A stretch of 64,000 nucleotides of DNA from Amylibacter sp. (GCA_965237555.1 OZ250147.1:1540331-1604330); one strand, 5' to 3'; counted from the stretch's first letter, positions 30,913 to 41,830 are shown. Translations and numbers: made by a program. Notes: a model not told the origin generated them from the sequence alone.

Positions 30913-32777
30913 CGCCGGGTCGCAACTCCGGTATTCACCGAATTGATTGCCGCTTGGTTGAGCTGAACACCGGCATTTTCCTGTAGCGCGGTGGTGTAAA
31001 GGTCCAGAATGTCGAGGCTGACCTGTTGATCCAGCGAGGTTGTCAGGCTGCTGACGATTGCGGCATTTTCATCCGACGTCGCGTCAAATGCATTTATCGC
31101 CGCAAGGCGGGCGAGGAAAACACCGCTTTCGCCTTCCAAAATCACAACCTGGCCGTTTTCCAGCTCAAAAATAGAGGTTGTGGTTGTGGCTGGCAGCCCG
31201 TCAAAAAAACTGTTGCGCTGGGCGTTCTGTTCGGCGTTTGGCGCAAGTTCGAGGGTGGCGAAGCTGCCGCCTGCTTCCAGTTTGGTCTTAAAGTCCGCGG
31301 CGACAACGTTGAGAGCCTTGAGGGTTTCAGCCTGGGTCCAATCCGCGGTAACCTGTTCAACCACCTGATCAAGCGGGAATTGCGCCGGTTCGTTGATCGC
31401 ATCCACCCGCAGGGCAAATACGCCACCGTCCGACAGGTCAACCAATTCGGGGAAATCGCCGTCACTGGCCGCCAAAACAGCGATACGAAAAGCAACGTAT
31501 GCGGCAATTCCCGCGTCACTCTCCGCGGTGAATGCCAACGTCCCCAATTCCATATCAGTGTCGGCCGCCAATTCTTCCAGCGTTGCACCAGCCGCCATCA
31601 AGTCGTCGATATCGGAGATCAGGTCAAACACCATGCGCCGGGCCGCTTCAACAGCCAGTTCGGTGACAAGTTGGTCGCGGGCTTCCTCAAAAGGAGTGAC
31701 ATCCGCCGCCAGTACTGCGTTGATGCGAAAAATGGCGGGGCCAAGGGAACTGTCAACTGGCCCGACAATGCCCGGACCGTCGGCCGAAAACACCATATCG
31801 GCTGCGCTTTGCGTCAGGGTGTTGGCGGCCACTTCGCCAAGGTCAATGTCCGCCAGTCCAAGGCCGCGTTCCTGCACCAGTTCCTCAAAATTAACGGTTT
31901 GAGCGTCCAGCCGGTCGCGCGCGGCTTCTGCCTCTTCAACGCTTGGAAACACTAACCGTTCCAACGCGCGTTGCTCGGATTTGTTGAAGCGATCAGATTG
32001 CAGTTCATAAGACTCGCGAATTTGATCTTCCGGCACATCAACCTGGTCAATCAGATTGTCAGGGTTGAGCCAGGCGTAAGTGACGTCTTGGGATTTCAGC
32101 GAGCGGTAATTGTCTTTGTTTGCATCATAAAACTCCTGCAGCGCTGAATCGGTTGGCTTGCGCACCTGTGTTTCCAGCTGCAAGTCTGTCACCCAGGCCC
32201 ATTCAAAGTCCCGGCTTTCCCGAACAAAGGCCAGCAACGCCAAAGGGACAACTTTGCTTGAGGTGATACCGCCACCGATGCCACCTTCCAGCAACGCCCG
32301 GGTGTTTTCCTTGCGCAGAAGTTCGTCAAATTCAGCGGCGGTCACCTGAATGCTGCGGTCGAGAAAAAACTCGTAGGCCTCTTTGTCGAAAGACCCGTCC
32401 AGCCCCTGAAAATTCGGGTTCGCCAGAATGGCCTGCCGCACCAGATCATCGCCGACGCTGATGCCGATGCGGTTGGCTTCATTGTCGAGCGCGGCAACGC
32501 CGATGACCGCTTCCAGCACCTGAGAAGATATCCCAAAGGCCTCTATTTCGGCAGGCGACAAGTTCCGGCCAAACCGATTGCTCACGTCATTCACTGCCCC
32601 TTGCAGAGCCCGGATATAGGTGTTTACAGGGATTTTTTCTTCACCGACTGCACCGATCGAGCGGATTGTGCCTCCGCCCAGACCGCCAAGGCCAAAACCC
32701 ATCAGACCCAGCACCAGCAGGCCCATGATCACCCACATAATCTTGCTGTTGCCGCCGGAACGTAAGGATTTCAGCAT
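30909..32777 (-). CDS. ppiD: PpiD-like periplasmic folding chaperone (SurA N-terminal domain)
   Basis: N-terminal TM anchor, SurA-type helical region and degenerate rotamase segment (VGPVDSSLG); directly upstream of trpE. Confidence 0.82.
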   Translation of the reverse strand: MLKSLRSGGNSKIMWVIMGLLVLGLMGFGLGGLGGGTIRSIGAVGEEKIPVNTYIRALQGAVNDVSNRFGRNLSPAEIEAFGISSQVLEAVIGVAALDNEANRIGISVGDDLVRQAILANPNFQGLDGSFDKEAYEFFLDRSIQVTAAEFDELLRKENTRALLEGGIGGGITSSKVVPLALLAFVRESRDFEWAWVTDLQLETQVRKPTDSALQEFYDANKDNYRSLKSQDVTYAWLNPDNLIDQVDVPEDQIRESYELQSDRFNKSEQRALERLVFPSVEEAEAARDRLDAQTVNFEELVQERGLGLADIDLGEVAANTLTQSAADMVFSADGPGIVGPVDSSLGPAIFRINAVLAADVTPFEEARDQLVTELAVEAARRMVFDLISDIDDLMAAGATLEELAADTDMELGTLAFTAESDAGIAAYVAFRIAVLAASDGDFPELVDLSDGGVFALRVDAINEPAQFPLDQVVEQVTADWTQAETLKALNVVAADFKTKLEAGGSFATLELAPNAEQNAQRNSFFDGLPATTTTSIFELENGQVVILEGESGVFLARLAAINAFDATSDENAAIVSSLTTSLDQQVSLDILDLYTTALQENAGVQLNQAAINSVNTGVATRR

Positions 32778-32846
32778 CTCTGGCTCACCTGTCTAGATAT
32801 ATCTCGCAGCGGTTTTAGGGGCAGCGGCAGCGAAGGGCAAGCGGCA

Positions 32847-34037
32847 TCACAACTGCAAGCTGGCCAGCCGGTGGAACAGCTGGTTGATGTCAGCTCGATC
32901 GACATTGGCAAAGGCGATCCGCAAGTGGCGTTCAGCGGAACCGTGGCCGCCCTCAGCAATCGTTGGGCTGAACATCGTGCCGGGCAGCATCAGCGTCGCG
33001 GCATGGTGCACCAATTGCCGTGCCAGTTGGTCTGAGGCCAAATCATAGGGGTGTTCCGCATAGGCGAAATATGCACCGCAACCCTTGAGCGTCCAATCGG
33101 GCAGTGTGGCGAAAGCTTCGGTGATCGCCGCTCGTCGGTCGAGGATTTCCCTACGCTCACCCGCCAGCCAGTTGCCGAGATTGCGCATGCCAAACAGCGC
33201 CCCGCGCTGGCCAAGTTGATTGGGGCAGATCGTCAGCGTGTCAAGGAATTTCTCAACTTCCGCCAGCCTGTCGGCTGAACCGATCAACGCGCCAACGCGG
33301 TGGCCGGTCAGCCGGTAGGCTTTGGAAAAGGAATACAGATGGATCAGCGTTTGCGCCCAGTCAGGATCGGTGAACAAGGCATGCGGTGCTTCCGTGCTGC
33401 TGTGAAAATCACGATAGGTTTCGTCGATAATCAGCGCGATCCCAGCGGATTGCGCCATTTCATAGAACGCCCGGATCAGGTCCGGCGGATATTCCGCACC
33501 GCTGGGATTGTTGGGCGTGACCAGAACAATCGCTTTTGTGCGGTTGGTGATGAGTGCCCGGGCGCTTTTGGGGTTCGGCAGCATATCGTCGCCACACATC
33601 AGAACCTGAGTCTCGATCCCCTGCATATCAAGCCACATTTTATGGTTGAAATACCATGGAGCGGGCAGAATGACCCCGTCACCGGTCCCGGCAAGGGTCG
33701 ATATCGCAGCACAAAACGCCTGATTGCAGCCGGATGTGATTGCGACTTGATCAGTGGAGATTTTGCCTCCGTAGGCAACTGACCACTGGTCGGCAACCTC
33801 AGCGCGCAAATCCTGTAATCCCAGAACGGGGCCGTAAAGATGCGCCTCGGCCTCGTGCAAAACCGCCTCAGCCAACGCCTGCCGCAACGGTTCCGGCGGT
33901 GGGTCCACCGGAGCGGCCTGGCTGACATTGATCAGAGGTTTGTCAGCAGTGAAATGCGCTTCGGCTAGCCAGCGGCGCGATTCCATGACTGGCGGTGCAA
34001 ATGTTTTGGCGAAGGCGGGATTAAGCGGACTGGACAT
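32847..34037 (-). CDS. PLP-dependent class I/II aminotransferase
   Basis: VTPNNPSG, IDETYRDF and YSFSKAYRLTGHRVG (PLP Lys) motifs. Confidence 0.92.
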   Translation of the reverse strand: MSSPLNPAFAKTFAPPVMESRRWLAEAHFTADKPLINVSQAAPVDPPPEPLRQALAEAVLHEAEAHLYGPVLGLQDLRAEVADQWSVAYGGKISTDQVAITSGCNQAFCAAISTLAGTGDGVILPAPWYFNHKMWLDMQGIETQVLMCGDDMLPNPKSARALITNRTKAIVLVTPNNPSGAEYPPDLIRAFYEMAQSAGIALIIDETYRDFHSSTEAPHALFTDPDWAQTLIHLYSFSKAYRLTGHRVGALIGSADRLAEVEKFLDTLTICPNQLGQRGALFGMRNLGNWLAGERREILDRRAAITEAFATLPDWTLKGCGAYFAYAEHPYDLASDQLARQLVHHAATLMLPGTMFSPTIAEGGHGSAERHLRIAFANVDRADINQLFHRLASLQL

Positions 34038-34133
34038 GGGGATTTTCCGGTTGATTGGCCGCGACGATACCAGCCGCATTCACGGATGCAAGGACCGCTT
34101 GACCTTGCCCAGTGGATCATGGATGAGGACGCC

Positions 34134-35948
34134 ATGGCGCAACCTCCGTTTATGACCCTGTCCGACGTGATGCTGACCTTCGGTGGCAATCCTTTGTTTA
34201 ATGGTTTGAACCTGTCAATCCACGCCGGAAGCCGGATTTGTCTGGTGGGACGCAACGGGTCCGGCAAGTCGACATTGCTGAAAGTCATTGCCGGAACAAC
34301 TGAGCCGGATGCCGGCGAACGTTTTGTGCAGCCCGGAATATCGGTCGGCTATTTGGAGCAACATCCGGACCTTTCGGGCTTTGATAACTTGGGTGATTTC
34401 ACCATGTCAGGGCTTGAATCCGGCGAGGAGTATCGGGTTGAGATGGCGGCGGAGGGATTGAAGCTCAATCTCGACCAGACACCACAAGCAGCTTCCGGCG
34501 GTGAGCGCCGTCGAGCTGCACTGGCAAAAATCCTCGCCGAAGCGCCGGACCTGATGTTGCTGGATGAGCCGACAAACCATCTGGATATCGAGGCGATTGT
34601 CTGGCTTGAAGAGCATCTGCGTCAGACTCGCGATGCCTTTATGCTGATTTCTCACGACCGGGCATTTCTGCGTAACCTGAGCCGCGCCACGTGTTGGGTG
34701 GATCGGGGTATCGTGCGCCAGAACCCGCGCGGATTTGAATACTTCGAGGAATGGCGCGACAAGACCTTTGAAGAAGAGGACCAGTCACGCCACAAGTTGA
34801 ACCGGTTGATCAAATCCGAAGGCCGCTGGGCCGTCGAAGGCATTTCTGCCCGGCGAAAACGCAATCAGGGCCGGGTGCGCCGGTTACAGGAATTGCGCAG
34901 CGAACGAGTCGGGCAAATTGCCCGCTCGGGCGCTGCCAGGATGGCACTGGAGTCCGGCCCGAAGTCGGGCAAAAGGGTGATCGAAGCACGTGGCATCAGC
35001 AAGCAGTTTGACGGCAGAACCATCGTCCAGGGTTTTGACATGCGTATTCAACGCGGGGAACGCATTGCTTTTGTCGGACCAAACGGTGTGGGAAAAACCA
35101 CCCTGTTGAATGTTCTGATCGGGCAAATCGAACCGGACGAAGGCTCGGTTAAACTCGGCACCAACCTGATCCCTGCGGTTTTTGACCAGAACCGCAGCAG
35201 CCTAAACCCTGATGCCACGCTTTGGGACAGTTTGACCGAAGACAAGGAACTGGGGGTGTCTGGACGCAACGACCAGATCATGGTGCGCGGCAAACCCAAA
35301 CATGTGGTCGGTTACCTAAAAGAGTTCCTGTTTGACGAAGGGCAGGCACGAGGGCCAGTGCGGGCGTTGTCGGGCGGAGAAAAAGCACGCTTGTTGTTAG
35401 CGCGGATCATGGCCAAAGAAAGCAATCTGCTGGTGTTGGACGAGCCGACAAATGATCTTGACATCGAAACGCTTGATCTGCTGCAGGAACTTCTCGACGA
35501 CTATGACGGTACGGTGCTGCTGGTCAGCCACGACCGGGATTTTCTGGATCGGGTAGCGACCAGCTCAGTGGTGATGGAAGGCGACGGAACCGCTGTGATC
35601 TATGCTGGTGGCTGGTCGGATTACCAGGCGCAGCGGCAGGTGCGCGAGGCTCCATCCGTGGCTTTCGCACCGAAGTCGAAGACGTCGAAGCCGAAGCAAC
35701 CGGCCGCTGCCAAGTCAAAAATGAGTTTCAATCAGGAGCACCGATTGAAAGAATTACCCGCGGTAATAGACCGGCTGTCTCTGGAAATCGCCAAGCTTGA
35801 AAAATTCCTCGCCGATCCCAGCCTGTTCAAGCGCGAGCCGCTGAAGTTTCGAAAAGCTACTGAAGGACTGGCGGCACGGCAAGGAACATTGAGCGCTGCG
35901 GAGAACGAGTGGCTTGAGCTAGAAGAACTGGCAGATCAATTGCAATGA
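34134..35948 (+). CDS. uup: ABC-F family ATP-binding protein (Uup-like)
   Basis: Two ABC domains (GRNGSGKST/SGGE/DEPTNHLD and GPNGVGKTT/SGGE/DEPTNDLD), no TMs, and a C-terminal coiled-coil ending WLELEE. Confidence 0.85.
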   Translation: MAQPPFMTLSDVMLTFGGNPLFNGLNLSIHAGSRICLVGRNGSGKSTLLKVIAGTTEPDAGERFVQPGISVGYLEQHPDLSGFDNLGDFTMSGLESGEEYRVEMAAEGLKLNLDQTPQAASGGERRRAALAKILAEAPDLMLLDEPTNHLDIEAIVWLEEHLRQTRDAFMLISHDRAFLRNLSRATCWVDRGIVRQNPRGFEYFEEWRDKTFEEEDQSRHKLNRLIKSEGRWAVEGISARRKRNQGRVRRLQELRSERVGQIARSGAARMALESGPKSGKRVIEARGISKQFDGRTIVQGFDMRIQRGERIAFVGPNGVGKTTLLNVLIGQIEPDEGSVKLGTNLIPAVFDQNRSSLNPDATLWDSLTEDKELGVSGRNDQIMVRGKPKHVVGYLKEFLFDEGQARGPVRALSGGEKARLLLARIMAKESNLLVLDEPTNDLDIETLDLLQELLDDYDGTVLLVSHDRDFLDRVATSSVVMEGDGTAVIYAGGWSDYQAQRQVREAPSVAFAPKSKTSKPKQPAAAKSKMSFNQEHRLKELPAVIDRLSLEIAKLEKFLADPSLFKREPLKFRKATEGLAARQGTLSAAENEWLELEELADQLQ

Positions 35949-36029
35949 GGCGTATTCCGCGCCGCAATCGGATTGATTTTACCGGCCGATCGCAGCATCG
36001 CTTGGCTCAAACCCAAAGAAAGGCGCTTC

Positions 36030-37019
36030 ATGAACAAAATCACCGTCTATCTCGATCAGATCGAGGAAAACTCCCGCGCGGCGCTGGTGCGTCACGGTGC
36101 AGCGCGCTGGATTGCAACTGAAGTTGCCAAAGCCGTGCGCAGGGCCGAGGCCACTGGGAATGTGATTTGTGGCCTGTATTATCTGGAAAGCTATTGCCTG
36201 CAACTGGCGACGGGCCGGGTGCAGGGGGATGTGGAACCGGAGGTGAAAGTCACCAAAGCCTCCGCGGTCGAGGTGGACGCGAAACTGGGATTTGCCCAGC
36301 CTGCCTTTGCTCGCGGCATTGAAACCGCGATCAGCCAAGCGCGCGAGAACGGCAGCTGTGCACTGGCGATCCGGCATTCGCACACCTGCACGTCGCTTGG
36401 GTATTTCACTGAGCAGATTGCAAACGCCGGACTGATCGGAATTGGGTTTACCAATGCGTCAACCATTGTTTCCCCGCCGGGTGGCCACAAGGCGGTTCTT
36501 GGCACCAACCCGATCGCGATGTCAGTTCCGGCCAAAGATGGCGGTCTGGCGTTGCGGTTTGACCAATCCACCAGTGCGGTGGCGCTGGGCAAAATCACCA
36601 TGGCGGCGGCGGCGGGCGAAGATATCCCGCTTGGCTGGGCGGTTGATGAGAATGGCAATCCGACAACCGATCCCACTGTAGCACTCAAAGGCTCGCTGGT
36701 TTCAACCGGCGGCTATAAAGGATGGGGGTTTGGCCTGATGACGGAGGTGCTGGCGGCTGCGGTGACCGGGTCGGTCAATTCGCTTGATGTGAAAGGTTTG
36801 AAACTTGCAGATGGACCGCCGCATGATCTGGGCCAGTTCTATTTCCTGCTCGACCCGACCGTTTTTTCGGGTGACACGTTTTTCGACCGAATTGCGCGGG
36901 TGACAGAGGCTGTTGCCAAACAGGAAGGCGCGCGTATTCCGGGCGCAAACCGAGTTTTGAAAGAGCAGGTTACGCTCGACCAGACGCTGTGGGACAAGGT
37001 GCTGGACTTGGCGGGCTAG
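36030..37019 (+). CDS. Ldh_2 family (malate/L-lactate/sulfolactate dehydrogenase-like) oxidoreductase
   Basis: VDAKLGFAQ, GTNPIAM, ALGKI and GGYKGWG motifs. Confidence 0.88.
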   Translation: MNKITVYLDQIEENSRAALVRHGAARWIATEVAKAVRRAEATGNVICGLYYLESYCLQLATGRVQGDVEPEVKVTKASAVEVDAKLGFAQPAFARGIETAISQARENGSCALAIRHSHTCTSLGYFTEQIANAGLIGIGFTNASTIVSPPGGHKAVLGTNPIAMSVPAKDGGLALRFDQSTSAVALGKITMAAAAGEDIPLGWAVDENGNPTTDPTVALKGSLVSTGGYKGWGFGLMTEVLAAAVTGSVNSLDVKGLKLADGPPHDLGQFYFLLDPTVFSGDTFFDRIARVTEAVAKQEGARIPGANRVLKEQVTLDQTLWDKVLDLAG

Positions 37020-37668
37020 CCGGCGTTTCTTTTGCCAGACGACAGGTTTCTACTACCGGACGCAGGGCTTTGCCGGAGCCGCGCAGCGGCAACCGTTCGG
37101 TGATCCCGGTCGCCATCAGGCTGATGTCGGCGTAGTTGCCGGTGATCAGGCGCGAGAAGACCGGTGACAATGGTTCCGGCTCATAAAACTTCCAGTCAGA
37201 GTTTTCCGCCAGGAAATAGGCAACGCCTGTGTAGCCAAAGGACCGGAAATCAAAAAACACCATTTCGCGGGGCGCGTCGGGGAAACTCGAATCCGATGTG
37301 ATTGCCGGGTTTACAAATGGGATGTCTTCGATGATCTCACCGTCAGCGTTCGTAATCTCTGCGTCAGTCTCGGTGATTTCCGCAGCGGCGACGAATTCGA
37401 CCTCGGGCAAGGTTGGTGGTGTAAAGATATAACCTGGGCGATAGGTGACAGCGATGCGTTTTTCTTCTGCCAAGCATTCAATCCTGAGCGACATCCAGGT
37501 GGTTTCTTCGTCACTGCAAAACAACAGCGCGGTTTCCGGGTTGCCGAGAACCTTGGACGCCGGAATATATTCCCATTTACCACATTGCTCGCGCCGGTTG
37601 ACGACGTCTGCTTGAGCCGCGGTTGCGCCCAGAAGGCAGATACAAAAAACAAAGGTGGGAAATTTCAT
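36970..37668 (-). CDS. Hypothetical secreted protein
   Basis: Signal peptide MKFPTFVFCICLLGATAAQA, Cys residues, and C-terminal LPLRGSGKALRPVVETC. The 3' end overlaps the convergent Ldh gene by 50 nt. Confidence 0.7.
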   Translation of the reverse strand: MKFPTFVFCICLLGATAAQADVVNRREQCGKWEYIPASKVLGNPETALLFCSDEETTWMSLRIECLAEEKRIAVTYRPGYIFTPPTLPEVEFVAAAEITETDAEITNADGEIIEDIPFVNPAITSDSSFPDAPREMVFFDFRSFGYTGVAYFLAENSDWKFYEPEPLSPVFSRLITGNYADISLMATGITERLPLRGSGKALRPVVETCRLAKETPASPPSPAPCPTASGRA

Positions 37669-37872
37669 AGATATCAAGCCAGTTGAAATTCAAGATTACG
37701 ACGAAAATACCAATAAAACACGCGCGGGAAAGGGTTAATTTGGTTGAATATATAATTGATAACGCGAGAAACTGTAAATTTTTGCCCGTTTGCCGCGTAT
37801 GTCGGTGAAAAGCATGGATTCGGCGCAGGGGAGGTCAGCGACACCCGGAAATCCTAATTGTGACTCCTCCGA

Positions 37873-39189
37873 TTACACCCGCCGCATTTTCAAGCTTTTG
37901 ACCTTGTTCTGCTCGCGCTCGACGATTTCAAAGCGAAAGCCGTGAAAGCTGAACACCTGACCCGGAACCGGGATCATCTGAGCCTCGTGGATCACCAGCC
38001 CGGCGACCGTGTTGGCTTCCTCGTCCGGTAGGGACCATTCCAGGGCACGGTTCAGATCGCGGATCGTCATACCGCCGTCAATCAAGTAGTTGCCGGTGTC
38101 GTCTATGCTCAGGATTTCGGCATCATCAACATCATGTTCGTCAGAGATTTCACCGATGATCTCTTCAATGATGTCTTCCAGCGTGATCAACCCCTGCAAA
38201 TCACCGTATTCGTCAACCACCAGCGCAAAATGCGTGCGGCGACGCAGAAACTCGCGCATTTGGTCGTCCAGAGTCGTTGTTTCCGGGACAAAATAGGGCT
38301 TCATCGCCACGTCCAGAATCTTGAATTTAGCGAGATTCCTGGTTCCGTCTTGGCTGGAGCGGATCAGTTTGTCCACTGCCCGCAACAGGTCTTTGGCGTG
38401 GATCACACCGACGATGTTTTCCGGATCGTTTCGGAACACCGGCATTCTAGTATACGGCGACGCGAGGCATCGGGTGATGATGTCTTCTGGTTTTGCATCT
38501 GCGTCAATCATCTCGATATCCGAGCGGTGCAGCATGATTTCTTCGACTTCGCGGTCTTTCAGGTCCAGCGCTCCGAGCAGTCGGTCGCGGTGATCTTTTT
38601 CGAAATTGCCTTCCCGGTGCCCCAACGCTATGGCCCCGGCGATTTCTTCCTGAGCGGCCGCGGCTTCGTCTTCGGTGTTGGGCCGCACGCCGCACAAAAA
38701 CAGAATGCCGCGTACGACAAGCTGGACCACACTAATAAATGGCGCCAGCACCCAAACGGTCACGGTGACGGGCAAGGCAACCATTTGTGCGGCCTGTTCA
38801 GATCGCAATATAGCGTATGTTTTCGGCAGGACTTCAGCGAAAACCAGCACCAGAATGGTCATCAGCAATGTCGCCAGCGCTACGCCGTTTTCACCAAACA
38901 GCCTTATCAGCAGGCTGGTGGCCAGCGAAGCGGCGAGGATATTCACCAGATTGTTGCCCAACAGGAGGGCGCCAATCATCCGCTCGCTGTCCTCGGTCAA
39001 ACGCAGCGCCCGTTTGGCGCCGAGTGATCCCTTATTGGCCAGCGAATGCAGTTTGCCCCGGCTGGCCGCTGTCAATGCGGTCTCGGAACCGGAAAAAAAC
39101 CCTGAGACAAACAACAGGGCGACAATAGCGATAGTGGTCAGCCAGAAATCCAGATCGAGGCCCAAAACTCCGCTTGCAGCGCTTTCCAT
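37873..39189 (-). CDS. HlyC/CorC (CNNM/DUF21-CBS-CorC) transporter
   Basis: FFSGSETALT, LLGNNLVNI, EVLPKT, CBS pair, VVDEYG...ITLEDIIEEIIGEI and a CorC C-terminal domain. Confidence 0.95.
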   Translation of the reverse strand: MESAASGVLGLDLDFWLTTIAIVALLFVSGFFSGSETALTAASRGKLHSLANKGSLGAKRALRLTEDSERMIGALLLGNNLVNILAASLATSLLIRLFGENGVALATLLMTILVLVFAEVLPKTYAILRSEQAAQMVALPVTVTVWVLAPFISVVQLVVRGILFLCGVRPNTEDEAAAAQEEIAGAIALGHREGNFEKDHRDRLLGALDLKDREVEEIMLHRSDIEMIDADAKPEDIITRCLASPYTRMPVFRNDPENIVGVIHAKDLLRAVDKLIRSSQDGTRNLAKFKILDVAMKPYFVPETTTLDDQMREFLRRRTHFALVVDEYGDLQGLITLEDIIEEIIGEISDEHDVDDAEILSIDDTGNYLIDGGMTIRDLNRALEWSLPDEEANTVAGLVIHEAQMIPVPGQVFSFHGFRFEIVEREQNKVKSLKMRRV

Positions 39190-39353
39190 GGGTGCGTTTT
39201 CCTTGCGATAAACAATAAGAGACCGTTATGGCGGTTCCAGCGAAGCCCCGCAAGGCTGCCGTCATGTTCCGCACCCGCCAAAATGTTCCGAGTGCGGAAT
39301 ATTTGTTGTTTATTAACAAATGGTTAGTGGTGAAATTGATTGGAATCAAAGAG

Positions 39354-40286
39354 TTAGCGCGGTTCGTCTTTTGCCAATGGATGGTGTTGCAACACCAGTT
39401 CTTTTAACCGTTCATCCAGCACATGGGTATAAATCTCGGTTGTGGCCACATCGGCGTGGCCCAGGAGCATCTGAATCACACGCAAATCGGCGCCACCGGC
39501 CAGCAAATGCGTTGCAAATGCGTGGCGCAGTGTGTGGGGTGTAACCGTATCCGGGCTGACGCCGGCAATTACGGCAATTTCTTTGACCAAAGTGTAGAAC
39601 CTGATGCGGGTCAAATGGCCGAGCTTGCCTGTCGAGGGGAACAAAAACCGAGAGGGCTCGTTGCCGTTTTTGCGGGCCAGTTCCTGAATAGCATCCCAAG
39701 CCCGCAGCCATACGGCAATTGCCATTTTCGCGGGTGGCGATAAAGGCACCATACGTTCTTTGTTGCCTTTACCCCGGATTAATAACATTTGCGGATTGCC
39801 ACGCACCGCGGCGACCGGCAGCGAGACCAGTTCGGTAACCCGCATTCCGGTGGCGTAGAGCACCTGCATCAGGCAAGAGTTGCGCAGGCGGTCATGTTCG
39901 CTGCGCCCGGTTTGCGTGGCGGCAACCAACAGACGGTCGACGTCGTTTTCGGATAGTGTTTTTGGCAAATGCCGTTTTTTGCGGGGGCCGCGGATTTGCG
40001 CGGCCGGGTTGTCTTCGCGCCAGCCTTCTTCAAACGCAAAACGATACAGTTGCCGGATGGCTGACAATCGCCGTGCACGCGTGCTTTCAGCCAGGCCGCT
40101 GGCTTCGAGCGAGATCAGGAAGCCTTCGACATCTGCGCGGGTTGCGTTTTTCAGGGTCAGCTTGCGTTTGCCGAGATAGGCGCAAAACCCCTGCAGATCG
40201 GTGGCATATGATTTCAAGGTATTTTCAGAGGCATCCTGTTCGGCGAACATGGCTTCGAGAAAGGGCTCAACCCAGTTTCCGCTCAT
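39354..40286 (-). CDS. xerD: Tyrosine recombinase XerD
   Basis: LYATGMRVTELV, IRGKGNKERMVP and HTLRHAFATHLLAGGADLRVIQMLLGHADVATTEIYTHV. Confidence 0.92.
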   Translation of the reverse strand: MSGNWVEPFLEAMFAEQDASENTLKSYATDLQGFCAYLGKRKLTLKNATRADVEGFLISLEASGLAESTRARRLSAIRQLYRFAFEEGWREDNPAAQIRGPRKKRHLPKTLSENDVDRLLVAATQTGRSEHDRLRNSCLMQVLYATGMRVTELVSLPVAAVRGNPQMLLIRGKGNKERMVPLSPPAKMAIAVWLRAWDAIQELARKNGNEPSRFLFPSTGKLGHLTRIRFYTLVKEIAVIAGVSPDTVTPHTLRHAFATHLLAGGADLRVIQMLLGHADVATTEIYTHVLDERLKELVLQHHPLAKDEPR

Positions 40287-41830
40287 ATCGCCGCCTGACG
40301 ATTGAGGATGACCAGTTGCACCGCAATCCTGCGCGCTTCGCTGCTCAGGCCCGCTTGCAACAGCACCGATAATACGGTTTCGACTGCGACAGGGTCCGAT
40401 CGGCCGGATTGTTGCAGCAAGGCAAAGGATTTCAGGATCGCCTCGCCAATGCGGCCCTGTTTTGCGTCGCGGAGCAGTTGAGTTTCGACCGGTGTTCCGC
40501 GAAACGCGCTCAGAATTGCCGACTGCAAATCATCTGAAGGTTGAATTGTAGCGAAATCGCCACCAGAAACCCCGATGAGAAAGGCATCGTGTTGGGTGAT
40601 ATCGGCGAATTGTGCGGCCAGTTCGGCATCACTCTTCTGCAGCAAGGACAAGAAAAACCGGATGGTCGCTGCTTCGCCAGTCAGGGGTAGATCGGAAATT
40701 TGCGGCAAGATCAGTTCAGCCAGGGCGAACTCCAGATGGACCTCGCTTAGTGTTTGATAGGCAGCGATTAAGGAATTGGCTGCGGCAGCATTGTCCCCCG
40801 ACTCGAGCGCTGCCGAGAGTTTCTGAACCGCACCGACCCGTTCCCAGACCCCGCCCGAGGCCGACGGCCTGCCTTCGGAATACACTTCCAGCAGCACTGT
40901 CACAGGGACTGATTGCGCTCGCACCAGCCGTTCCACTGCAGCCAGACGGTTGCGCCAGCCTCCGAAATTCTCGAGATCGCCATACAGGAAAGCCAGGGGT
41001 AGGGATTGTCCGGAGCGCGGCAGTGCCAGAGCCTCGCGCATGGTAAAAACCAGCGGTGACAGGCGGGCAGGGACGGGAGGCACGGGTTGGCCTTCAAATA
41101 GGTCCGGGTCTAGAAAGCGGCTGAGCAATTGCACGTCGGTTGCATTGATCTTGTTGAGCGCGGCGGCGGTTGTCAGCGTCAGCGCGGCTGCGGACCAATC
41201 GCCGGAGCGGGACAGGCAGAACACGCGCGCCTGCAGCGCCGGTGTCAGTCCGGGATCGCCCAGCATCGCCGCGCAGGCTTCTTGTGCGCGACCGGTCAGC
41301 AGGCCAACGTCGAACCAGCGGCGAAACAGCTCTGCGTTGGCAATGCCGGAGCGGTCAAGCAAAGCCTCGGCCTGATCCAGCGCACCGGCGGCCAGCAGAT
41401 GATCGAGACGGGCCAACAACATCTTACCATCCTGATCGTGACCGATGGGTACATCCAGCTCGGCTAGCAAAATGCGATGAAACAAAGCGGTGACTTCCGG
41501 CAGGGCGGATTCATCGTGAGACCGGAGCAAGCGGCTGAGGATGGCAGAGTTGCTGTCACCCCAAAAATCGACCGGCAACCCGGCGACATTTGCGGGCAGC
41601 ACCCCGACAGCGTCCAGTTTGACGTCGTCAAGCGGCGTTACGGCGATGACTTCAGTGGCCAATCCTCGAGCAGCGCCGTAAACGGGGTGTTTTGTTGACA
41701 AGACAACACTGCCGGGTTCCAGCGATTCCGACAGCCACTGATCCGGCAATACCGGCGTTTCTGCACGCACGGAGGCAGCTAAAATCAGGCCAAAAGCGGC
41801 AAAAATCAGCTTATGATGCATCCGGTTCAA
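40283..41830 (-). CDS. Conserved hypothetical exported protein
   Basis: Signal-like N-terminus and GLPVDFWG...LLLARLDHLLAAGALDQA helical repeats; lies between xerD and aroK. Start may be ATG 41821. Confidence 0.8.
   Translation of the reverse strand: MNRMHHKLIFAAFGLILAASVRAETPVLPDQWLSESLEPGSVVLSTKHPVYGAARGLATEVIAVTPLDDVKLDAVGVLPANVAGLPVDFWGDSNSAILSRLLRSHDESALPEVTALFHRILLAELDVPIGHDQDGKMLLARLDHLLAAGALDQAEALLDRSGIANAELFRRWFDVGLLTGRAQEACAAMLGDPGLTPALQARVFCLSRSGDWSAAALTLTTAAALNKINATDVQLLSRFLDPDLFEGQPVPPVPARLSPLVFTMREALALPRSGQSLPLAFLYGDLENFGGWRNRLAAVERLVRAQSVPVTVLLEVYSEGRPSASGGVWERVGAVQKLSAALESGDNAAAANSLIAAYQTLSEVHLEFALAELILPQISDLPLTGEAATIRFFLSLLQKSDAELAAQFADITQHDAFLIGVSGGDFATIQPSDDLQSAILSAFRGTPVETQLLRDAKQGRIGEAILKSFALLQQSGRSDPVAVETVLSVLLQAGLSSEARRIAVQLVILNRQAAI

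Noticed and set aside
39354-40286. Tyrosine recombinase as the integrase of the tRNA-Gly island
   Set aside because: It carries XerD signature motifs, sits in a core-type operon, and is 12 kb from the tRNA fragment on the wrong side.
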